From: Tubiluchus corallicola
Taxonomy: Eukaryota > Animalia > Priapulida
Reading direction: 5' to 3'
Assembly: GCA_030141605.1 (NCBI GenBank)
Contig: JAQGDQ010000723.1
Location: 1 to 64,000, forward strand
Length of the DNA stretch: 64,000 nucleotides
Position 1 is the stretch's first letter, and each line of letters opens with the position of its first letter. Below the pieces are notes generated by a model. The model saw only the letters and a list, made by a program, of their open reading frames with translations, ran no database searches and was not told where the DNA came from. Positions 9,692 through 21,600 of the stretch are shown piece after piece. The position numbers and the translations under genes are program-made.

Positions 9692-12600
9692 CTAATAAAA
9701 AGAAAATATCAAACATTAAATGATTTAATTCAGACGTCATTCTTGGTCAAATATATCTCGTCATCGTTGTTGTTGCTGTTGTTGTTGTTGTTACTGCTGC
9801 TGTTGTTGCTAGTGCTGTGATCGTGGTGGTTTTCGTTGTAGTTGTCATTATTGTTGTTACTGCTGCTGTTCTTGTAGCATGTGGTATTGTTGTTGCCCTT
9901 GCTGCTTGTGATGTTGTTCTTGTCATTGTCATTGTTGAAGATGTTGTTGCTGCTGTTGTCATTGTTGATGTTGATGTTGCCATTTTTGTTACTGTTACTG
10001 CTGCTGCCACTTTTGTTGTTTTTGTCGTCAATGTTGCTGTGGTTGTCGTTTGAAAATATTGGCACTTGAAGACTATATAATTATGTTACTATAGACCACT
10101 GCACCATATTTAAATAAAGACTAAAGATATTTCAAGAGCAGCCATCATTGTAATCAAGTACCTCACAGTCACGTGCGACTTTTGATTATGGGTGAGCATT
10201 CTCTACCAGAAAGCGAATTCAAATTGAGTCAAATTTATGACTTTTGAATTCAAATCGAATTCGAAATGAGTTTGAAAGAATTTCGAACCAGTAGTAAAAA
10301 GTGGTCTTACAAAGATCATGCATATCACTTACTGCAAATTTTTCTGCAGTAAAACCACTATTAGTCTGCTAAAAATTTTGCGCAGAAACTGCAGCTAAAT
10401 TGTGCTAATTTGCATGATTTTTCAAACATTTTAATGATGAAGAACGTAAGTGGCTGAAGTGCTGAATTATTCAAATCTATAATTTTAGGTACGAATCGAA
10501 TTCTAACCAAAAAACTCGTTCGAACTCGTATGTTCGATGCTCAACCCTACTGTTAACCCACAAACAAATTTTAATCACTTTATTCTTGCATATTTGAATA
10601 ACCCTTGCTTTTGAAGACCACAAAAATAACAATAGTGGCGTAGTAAACAAGGGGGCGCTTTTTCAACAATTTTTTAACTCTTTAGTTCACTTGTACGATA
10701 AAAGTCAAATCTTTTATGTAATCGCATAGCCTTGGAAGAATTTTCTGGAGTCATTACTTAAATGACCAACCTGCCTCCCACGTTTTTGAAGAGAGCGTGC
10801 ACTTACGTAACACATTTGTTAACGTTCACTGATTGAAGCAAGGATCGATTTGCCCCTAATCTAATTATTATAATATATTCTTGTCTAACACTGATACTGT
10901 TTGTAATGGATAGACAAACATATAATTGCTTCACGTGTCACGGTGCCTTTTTTATGTGCTTGCACCCCTTAACTTTAGGACATGGCTACACCCCTGCTAT
11001 ATTGTTAGGTTAAGTTAAGTATATGTCCTAAAATATATGTGAAAAATTAATCTTCATCTACAGGAGGCATCAATAGTGTTTTTACTCAAATATAAGATGT
11101 ATTGAAGATTACTGACAATTGCAAAGAGCATTTAGAAAAAGTAGTTACAAGTTCCTTAGTAGTTTAACTGACACAGCTTGTGTTTCAACCCACAGAGCTC
11201 CAGGTTCAAATCCCAGGTTCGAATGCAAATTGCTGATAATTTTCACTTAGCTTCTGATATTTTGGGTGCTCAAAATATTTAATTGCCAGACAACTTAAGT
11301 CAGTTCAGTTACAAGCAAAAAATAGCATTTGAGTGCCAGATGGCTTGCACCGACAACAAAAACCACTCATTAGAGAAAAGTTACCTCTATTCTCTGAACC
11401 AGCTGTACATCATTCTTGTAACATACAAAACTTGTCACGTGACTACTAGAACTCCCTCCGACGCGACCCGTCCGGCCACAGCGATGAATGTAGTCAGACA
11501 TGTTGGAAGGAAAGTCAAAATTAATGACGTGCTGCACCTATAAATAAAAAAGTGAGTAACGAATTCTAATTAAGTAATTAAATTATAAATTTTCAAATGC
11601 TTCGCGATAAGTGATTATTCATTAAGCAAAGTGCCAGTGGCGGCTCGTGTATAGGCACTGTGGAACTGCAGCACCCCCTATTTTCACTCAATATTATAGA
11701 AAATATTCAATATAATGAGACTTTTTCTTTAATTCTTTTTTATACTTGTACAGAACCAGAGCAGGTGGGGTAGGACTGTTTGCTTCACAGCCCAGCACAG
11801 TGCGCTCCAGCAATGCAGTGTTTGGCTGTTGTGCAAATGCAGTCATGCGCACATGTCTGAGCCCAGGTAGAAAAAGTACTGTTGCTCACACAGTTTGTTG
11901 TCACGTGCTTATCGTGAATGGATCAAGCTTGAACTATGACAATTCAGGCTATTAGTAAGCAAAAAATATTTTTTGTTTAGGATTTTATCAAGCTTATGTA
12001 TAAATTTTCACATATTTGTTTGTTTAAAATTACAATTACAACATTAAAATTACATGTACGTTTCGTTTTACACTGTATTAAAACATTTTCAATAGTTTCA
12101 AATGTTCAATAAGCCACTACAAAGCGCTTCAAACTCGGCTTACCCGAAGTGTATCTAAGCCACGTGAGGCGATGTCTGTGCAGACCATAATGTCATACAA
12201 ACCATCTTGGAAAGACTGGAATCTTCCTCGTCTAACCTAAAAGTGCAATAAAAGCTCCGCAAACAATGACCACAAATGAGCTTCCACGGCGATGTCTTAA
12301 AGCAAAAGTCAAGTCTCTCAGGAAGTTGAACTTATTTCAATACTTGAGGAAAATGTTAGAAAATTTCAGCAATAAAACTGTGATAAGCATCTCGTGTAAT
12401 TAGTAAAATCAATTTAAAGTTCTGATTACGTTACGCTTGGGCGTGGTCATTCTAGACAAAAAATGGCGTCATCCGGTTTCTGTGTAATATAAACACTTAT
12501 CCCGGCAGGTACTTCAGAATTTTTTTTAACTTATAGAGTGAGCTATTGATTGAATGACTAATTTCTAGATAAATACAGTTAAACACAACATTAGAATAAC

Positions 12601-15600
12601 AGAACTTCAAAGCAAACTGTAGAAATTTTGCAATGTGTACCTTCACACAGCTTGCCTTCATGGCATTCACGCTGCAAAGCAAACACCAACTTACGTCATT
12701 TTTTTTCAAATATGCTGGCATCAACATTCATTTGGCGGGAGATAAGAAATATTTAAATGTGTTTTACATTTTTCACAAAGCATTCTGTGCGCATATTTTG
12801 TATTGTGATTTATTGTATTGTATATTAATTGTATATTAAAATGGAATAAATGTTGTTCGAAGGTTGGTTCTTCCTTTAATATTCCGACAAATGAGAGTAG
12901 AAGTTGATAAGATTCTTTTACTGGAGTTAAACCTGCTCTATGCCTGCCAAAGATTTTTAACCTATCCCACTATTTGAAGACCTGCTAGTGACTAATATAC
13001 AGATGGTACCAATGCTATCAAAAACTTATCACATCATTCAACATAAAGCAATGGCCTACTGCATAAGCATAGAGGCCATAATGTCCTTGCAATTTAGACA
13101 TAAATTCAGCTACAATACATGGAATGCATTGCAGAATGAGTGTTGACAATTTCAAGTACATGTTAACAGTAGCCATAACTGACTTGATGAAACTTGCATC
13201 TTTCTGTGTTGTTACCTTTTCTGCTAAATCGCCATTGACCTGCACATTAGAGACTCCATTTTCGGTCAAAAATAAATGCACAAAATGAGATCCCTTTGTC
13301 GAGTTACAGAATACGATGACGGGCTTTTTCTTCTTCGCATCAGATTTAGTTAACTTAAGCAGTTCTTCTAGTCGATCTTCAGCATGAAGACGAATGAATT
13401 TCTGTGCGACGTGCGGCATTACGCGGTGTAAATGTGGACCCTCGACTTTCACTAATGAATCTACCTAAAATATTCGACGATGATTATTACGAACGAACTA
13501 ATATCGTCATTAGTTCATGAGGATTTTTACCCAAACAATTTTTTATACAAATCACCGTATCAATGCCAGTAGGTCACTTAAGGCTGTGAGTCCACTCTCT
13601 CTCTCTGACCTGCACAAAATGACCAAGGCTGAGAGTGTGAGTCCACTCTCTCTGACCTGCGCAAAGTGACTGAAGCTGAGAGTGTGAGTCCACTCTCTCT
13701 GGCCTGCGCAAAGTGACTGAAACTGAGAGTGTGAGTCCACTCTCTCTGACCTGTGCAAAGCAGCCGAGGCTAAGAGTGTGAGTCCACTCTCTCTGACCTG
13801 CGCAAAACAACCAAGGCTAAGAGTGTGAGTCCACTCTCTCTGACCTGTGCAAAACAACCAAGGCTGGGAGTGTGAGTCCACTCTCTCTGACCTGCGCAAA
13901 ACAACCAAGGCTAAGAGTGTGAGTCCACTCTCTCTGACCTGCGCAAAACAACCGAGGCTAAGAGTGTGAGTCCACTCTCTCTGACCTGCGCAAAACAACC
14001 AAGGCTAAGAGTGTGAGTCCACTCTCTCTGACCTGTGCAAAACAACCAAGGCTGGGAGTGTGAGTCCACTCTCTCTGACCTGCGCAAAACAACCAAGGCT
14101 AAGAGTGTGAGTCCACTCTCTCTGACCTGCGCAAAACAACCAAGGCTAAGAGTGTGAGTCCACTCTCTCTGACCTGCGCAAAACAACCAAGGCTAAGAGT
14201 GTGAGTCCACTCTCTCTGACCTGTGCAAAACAACCAAGGCTGGGAGTGTGAGTCCACTCTCTCTGACCTGCGCAAAACAACCAAGGCTAAGAGTGTGAGT
14301 CCACTCTCTCTGACCTGCGCAAAACAACCAAGGCTAAGAGTGTGAGTCCACTCTCTCTGACCTGTGCAAAGCAACCAAGGCTAAGAGTGTGAGTCCACTC
14401 TCTCTGACCTGTGCAAAACAACCAAGGCTAAGAGTGTGAGTCCACTCTCTCTGACCTGCGCAAAACAACCAAGGCTAAGAGTGTGAGTCCACTCTCTCTG
14501 ACCTGTGCAAAACAACCAAGGCTAAGAGTGTGAGTCCACTCTCTCTGACCTGCACAAAGCGACTGAAGTTGGGAGTGTGAGTCCACTCTCTCTGACCTGT
14601 GCAAAACAACCAAGGCTGGGAGTGTGAGTCCACTCTCTCTGACCTGTGCAAAGCGACTGAAGTTGGGAGTGTGAGTCCACTCTCTCTGACCTGTGCAAAG
14701 CGACCAAGGCTAAGAGTGTGAGTCCACTCTCTCTGACCTGCGCAAAGTGACTGAAACTGAGAGTGTGAGTCCACTCTCTCTGACCTGCACAAAATGACCG
14801 AGGCTGAGAGTGTGAGTCCACTCTCTCTGACCTGCGCAAAGTGACTGAAGCTGAGAGTGTGAGTCTACTCTCTCTGACCTGTGCAAAGCAGCCGAGGCTA
14901 AGAGTGTGAGTCCACTCTCTCTGACCTGCGCAAAACAACCAAGGCTGGGAGTGTGAGTCCACTCTCTCTGACCTGCGCAAAACAACCAAGGCTAAGAGTG
15001 TGAGTCCACTCTCTCTGACCTGTGCAAAACAACCAAGGCTGGGAGTGTGAGTCCACTCTCTCTGACCTGTGCAAAGCGACCAAGGCTAAGAGTGTGAGTC
15101 CACTCTCTCTGACCTGCGCAAAGTGACTGAAGCTGAGAGTGTGAGTCCACTCTCTCTGGCCTGCGCAAAGTGACTGAAACTGAGAGTGTGAGTCCACTCT
15201 CTCTGACCTGTGCAAAGTGACTGAAGCTGAGAGTGTGAGTCCACTCTCTCTGACCTGTGCAAAGCAGCCGAGGCTGAGAGTGTGAGTCCACTCTCTCTGA
15301 CCTGCGCAAAGTGACTGAAGCTGAGAGTGTGAGTCTACTCTCTCTGGGCTGTGCAAAACAACCGAAGCTGAGAGTGTGAGTCCACTCACTCTGACTCTCT
15401 CTGAAGCTAAGAGTGTGAGATATGTGAAAGTACCGTAAAAAAAGTAAAAATTACACTGAAATTATAGAACAATGAAAGTTAACAGTGAATCATTCACATA
15501 ATTAAAGGTTTGCAAAAAAGAAACAATCATAATAAATTTATTAAATGGGGTAGAAGTACCAAAATTACCCCCACCTCTATAATACCGTCCAAAATGGTGT

Positions 15601-18600
15601 CTAGAGATTTTGGCACTGTAGCACCAACAAATATGATCTGAGCACCAATTACATCATCGTCATCATCATCTGTGTCAGGTGATCTAAACTGTAAACAATC
15701 AAAGACGACCAGAGATTATGTATCACTCAAATGCACAACATGTAAGAGAAAGGCAAATGAAATAAGTATAAAAACGTTAAAAATAAAGTTAAAGTTTTCA
15801 TTTATGTGGGAAGTTTTGAGATTAGAGGCACGACTTCATGTATGTGCAATGTGTCAATTGAATTTAAACCCATGAAAGTAGCGTGCAATCCAAGACGCGT
15901 GATCTGTATTCATTAGAATGTGATTGCTATCGTCTATGTTGAGTTCTTTACTTTAGAAAAGCAATCTGCCATGATTACTAATTACTTCGGAAAAATCTTA
16001 ATCAAATTACAGATTATTCATTACTTTTAGGACAGGTAATCTGTTACCGATTACTATTGTGTGCTAATTTGAGTGATACTTTACCAAAAAGTGTGCACCC
16101 GTTTGACACATTGCCTTTAGTGAAATCAGAGCATTGTTCCAAGGTAATTCACTCTACAATTTTTAACAAAATTCACTGCAACATGAGTTTCAGACATAGA
16201 TAGCAGTTTTCCCCTGCACACAAGCTGCATTGCACTGTTATAATTTAGTTTTTCTGCATTTCCCATACAATTTACTATAAAGTTACGAAGATTAAAATTG
16301 GCCAGAACAACAGCAAAATATCAGAGCAAATTTCCCAATAATCTTTGCCCTGATGAAGATTCTCAAATAAATCTCTGTTATGCGCAAGATTTATCAAAAA
16401 ACAGGATGCTTCTGTTTTGTTTTACATTTTTCATTCATGTGTAACTAACTTTGCAAAAACTAAAAACATTGGCCTTTTTCTCGAGCAAGCAAAGTTGAAA
16501 GTGTGGCAGCTAGTTTAATAAGCAGTTCCACATTGAATGAATACTTTTTTGTCACATCTTTCCAAAAGAGCATTTGTGTGCTTCCATACCGAAACCGTCC
16601 ATAAGTCGGCATAACTAAAACTACGTTACGATGCTTCAAAATAGAATGACCCAGAAATTTGGTTAAATGTCAATTTTTTGTGTTCAGTAAAAACCAACAT
16701 TAAATATATTGGACTTTTTATATTCTAGCATGAAATTATCAAGAAAGTACTTAGAAAATACTAATTTTTACTAAAAATTTAATTTTATAACTCCTTACCC
16801 ATTTTTCTGGCTAGAAACTAGTACTGCAATTGTAAAAAACTCTTATTTTCAAACTCCGATAACTTTAATAGTCCAGTAATCCAAACGCCAGTAGCTCCTG
16901 GCCATTTTGCTTTGGGTTTTTCTGTCAAAAAGTGCCATCTACTGGATTTAAACGTAACTTCAATGTGCTCTTGCAAAGTAAATAGCAACCAACATTTGAG
17001 TGGTTGCTAAGTGTTTTGAAGAAATGCGACAAAAACCAATGGCTAACTTTGACAGTGATTTTCTCAAGATTAGGTTTTCCAGTGCGCAGCCTGCACCTCA
17101 ACTTCAATGTAGATTATCTCAACTTAGAAATAACATAGAGCGATGAACTTGGTATCAAAATGATCCTTATGAAATGGAGAGTCAGGATATGTGAACAACT
17201 AGAAAACCTTAATTGCCAACTTATGAACGATTTTGCTATGCAAACACACATTTGATAAACAAGTCCAGAGTGCCATCAAGTCCCTGTCATGTTATTTGAG
17301 TTTTCCTACCTTAATTTTGTTTAGTATTGAACAGACAATATCATTAAAACTGTCGTCTAGGAGAGTATCGGCTTCATCAATCACAACATAGTTACAGTAG
17401 TTTAAGAAAAATCGTTCTGAAAATAAAACAATGCATCTCTTTGTTAGTCCAGATACCAGTCTAAAAAATTTGGTGGTCGTCTAATGTCCTGCAGGTGATA
17501 AACAGTTGCAGGTATGGCAGCAATAGTTAATAGATAAATGTGTAAATGATAAAAGAGATAAAAGTGTTGCTGAACTTGTCGTGGCTAACTTCCCTAGTAA
17601 AGAGGTTACGAACTAAACACAGATGTTAAAGGACAAAACATTAAGTACCTGAAATAAGTTTCAGAAAAATCGCCTTAAAAATTACATTATAACAATTTTA
17701 TGCATACATCAAACTAGCGTTAAAAGAATTTTTTGTTTGTTTTCATTTTAAACCTCATGCAATACTGTTCTGACCGCACCACGTACGCACAACGTAAATC
17801 AAAGAAAGACAAGTAAATGTTAAACTATGTCCCGAAAAACTTTCAATGCAAAGTTATATTACTTAGCATTTTGTTTATCTGCTTCAAAGACTTATGTAAC
17901 TAGAAAAGAAAATTATCAATTATTTAAAATGCTTTCAGCAATTGGTAAAATTTTGTTTGACTCGCCTTCCGGGGTGCACCACTCACGGCAAACGTGTTTC
18001 CAATCATATTGACAAGATACAGTGATTTAAAATTTTACTTAGTTAGTGACGTGCGCGCTACGAATGCTGTGATTATTTTTTAAAACTTTATTCAGTGTTA
18101 TCTAAACTTTTTCAAACGACATACCATCAAAATGGCTGCGTCTAACGGTCATTGCGGGAGTCTTAATTTACAAGTTTTATACAATGTTACTGCCGACGCA
18201 AGTCCTGTATGCAAAAAGGCAGTATATAAGTGGTATAAAATTTCAAAACGAATTTTTTAAGCTTTATGTAAACATAGGGTTTTCTTGTGCTTTAATGTAA
18301 AACATATCTTCACTTCTCTGACCATGACCTTGAATACAGAAAATGAAGAATTTTTGCTGTAAATGCGGTGTAGAATGACGTAAGCTTACTTCCAGCAAGT
18401 AGTTTTCGGAAAACTCCCGGAGTTGCCACCAGGATATCACCGTGGCTTATGCGTCCTGCCCGAAGCATCAACTGAGTGCCTCGTCCTCCGACCACCATGT
18501 CAGCTCGTATGGTGCTGCCATCTGTCAGCGTCCTCGCTGCCACCTATTAAATACAATTACTATAAGCTAGAGAGTAATAGGTAAGTTAAATCTGACCTTC

Positions 18601-21600
18601 TGAGCTTAAGGAAAGATTAGCAAATGAGAGAAACAACATCAATAAACAAATCTGACTACATGAAAGTGTTAAAGGAAAACACGACAATTGTGTAAACACG
18701 AGTTCAAGATAAAGAATGCTCTAAAATATTGAAAACTACAATAGCTTATTTTAAATCAAAACTTAGATTAAATAATAATTACCCCGAATACTCAAATTTC
18801 GTTAAACTTTCAAAACTACACGCGGCTCAGTGAATCTACTAAGATTGGCAGTGGCACCTTTTTGCACGTGCGCGTGGCCGACAAATAGAAGGCGGTACCG
18901 TGATAACCATGATCATGAACTGCAGTGTTTGTTTCATGACGTAATAAGATGTAAAGCCCATTTTTCGTGACATCATGCATTTAAGCAGTACTGTAACACC
19001 TATGCAAATGTGCTTGATGCACAAGGGAAGACGCCTGCCATTGCACAAACTGTGGTTAGTTTCTGACGTACGCAAATGCTGTGTTTGGTTGCCATTAATT
19101 AACTTTCTAAGCTAATTATTCAAATATAAGGAACAATTGTTAACTTTTATAGGCAAGAAAATGTATATTTTGGACAGTAAATTAAAATTAGATTGAGTCT
19201 AAATAATCGTCCGGTCTTTCTTTAATAAAACACGCCTGCTACTAATATCGATTTTGCTTACAAAATCTAACAAGCTTTCATTTGTATCTCCAATTGTTTC
19301 ATAGTATGGGAAATGGAATAAATACTTTAAAGTTATACATTAAACTGCAAGAAAGTTTCAGATGGCAAAACGAACTCTGCAAATGAACCACGTTTTAATA
19401 TCCACATTGACAATTCCAAAAATGGTGGTTTTATATATTCTGATTTTATTTTATAAAAAGCCTACGGTGTTCTCGTTTTTCAGACATATTAAAAATAGAG
19501 TCACAATGCATTTCAATTGCTCCCTGCTATGTTTATTATTTATATTTTCATCCAAAAGTTACACATCTTAATAAACGTTAACACCTACAATCAAGTCCAC
19601 ATTAAAAATTAACAATAAAATTGGAAACAATGTTCTGGTGTGATTGTTTCACATAGCATTTAAGGTAATTTTGAAAAAAAATTACGCAAAGTTCAGCCGA
19701 GACATTTGTCACTGCTTACTGCAATCTTATTGGAATCTGTAACACTAAGATTGTCTTAAAGCAAACTTTGGATTTTGCAAAACTGAAAATAATTTGAGTC
19801 AACTACACTGAATCGAAATTAGTGCTAACAGCTAAGTATAAACCGTTACAAATACTCGAGTCAACTCACTTAGCTTCGTATAATGAAATGTTTATTCAAA
19901 GAAAACCGGACCCAATGTTAAATTGTAAGCCAAAACAACCAATTTTTAAAAATATTGAAAGGAAACATACTATTTTTAAAGAATAACTTATGTAAAACAA
20001 TTATTACCACACAAATGCAATTTCGTGTTCATGCCATTAGTTTTTTGCTGTTACATGCGTTTAGGCAATCGCTAGTTAGACGGGCACTAGTGCTTGCATT
20101 TCGGAAAGTGTTGTACAAAAAACAGGCGCTGTACCTCTCAGTTCAGATGTTTTAGTTTGTGATGAACTGCACACGTTTGACGGCTCATGCGTGAGTACAG
20201 TGGTAAATTTGAAATTTTATCTTAAAACTTGCCAAGTTTTAGTACAACACACTGAATATCTTACAGTAGCACTGTACTTCAATTTTCGTTTTCGCAAACA
20301 TGTGCAACACACTCGTGGAATGTATCTGCTGCGGAAAATTGTTAGTTTGTGATGTCATAAACAGTTGGGCTCACCAGTCGTTAATTAAGATTCTAATCTA
20401 TTATTTAATTATCAGAAATTTTACAGTATTATTGGTGTTATGGGCTTTTTACCATCCCTACTATACCATGGGGTAATATATGAAAAATCATCTTGTTTTC
20501 CTTTAACAAAAAAAGACCATCAAAGAATTCAATTTATTTCTGTGACACACAAGATAAAAGCAAATACAACATTTACGGTCACTTAGTGCAGTTTTGAACC
20601 CGAAATGTTAGTTTTTGGTGTAGAGTCCTTAAATTAATTGTTAATAAATAAGCAGCAACACACAAATGTGTGCTTGCAAACCAAAACCGTCCATAAGTCG
20701 GTATAGTTAAAACTACATTATGATGCTTCAAAGTAGAAAGCACCAAAAATTTGGTCAAATGTCGATTTTCTATTTTATATGAAAACAAATGCTAAATATA
20801 TTGGACTTTTATATTCTAGCATCAAATTATCAGGAAAATTCACTAAAAATCTAATTTTATAACTCCTAACCAACTTTTCTGTCTAGAAACTAGTACTGCA
20901 ATTGTAAAAAAACATATTTTCTTGCTCAGATTGTAACTTATGGAAGCAGCCATTTTGCTTGGGGTTTTTTCTGTTGACAAGACCAGATCTTCGTCAGGAA
21001 GAGCCATCTACTGGATTTAACTTCAATTTGCTCTTGTAAAGTTTATAGCAACCCCACTTTCGTACGGTTGCTAAGTATTTTCTTGAGACGCGGCAAAAAA
21101 CAATAGCTGACTTTAACAGCATTTTTCTCAGGATTACGTTCTTCAGTGCATAGCTTGTACCTCAACTTCAACGTGGATTATCTCAGCTTAGAAATAACAT
21201 AGAGCGATGAGCTTGGTATCAAAATGATCCTCGTGAAATCGAGATTCGGGACGTGTGAATAACTAGAAAACCTTAATTGCCGACTTATGGGCAATTTTGC
21301 AACGCAAGCACACAAATGATAATTACCAATACTTGTTCAGCGAGCTCTCTACCTGGTACCAGTATAAGTCCTCTTGGGTGATTACACGGTGGCTTAGGTA
21401 CAGATGCTAGATCCAGTCTCAAAATGTTTTGCACTAAAGGAGTTAAATAAGCTAATGTCTTTCCACTCCCTAAAACAGAAAATTGTTAACTCATTGTCAA
21501 AATATTATGTTAGAGACAGTAGCACAAAGCAAATCCATTAATACAATATTATCACATATCAGTAGCAAAGCAAATCACTAATTTGTGTTGTACAAAAATG

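Noticed and set aside
9730-10069. Poly-N/T/V/L ORFs
   Set aside because: Translations of a trinucleotide microsatellite.
11150-11225. tRNA gene (ggttcaaatccc B box)
   Set aside because: No cloverleaf or clear A box; at most a decayed SINE head.
13575-15420. CRISPR-like appearance (constant part plus variable part) and many overlapping ORFs
   Set aside because: The variable parts are only two or three related variants, not unique spacers. The context is a eukaryotic intron with no cas genes.
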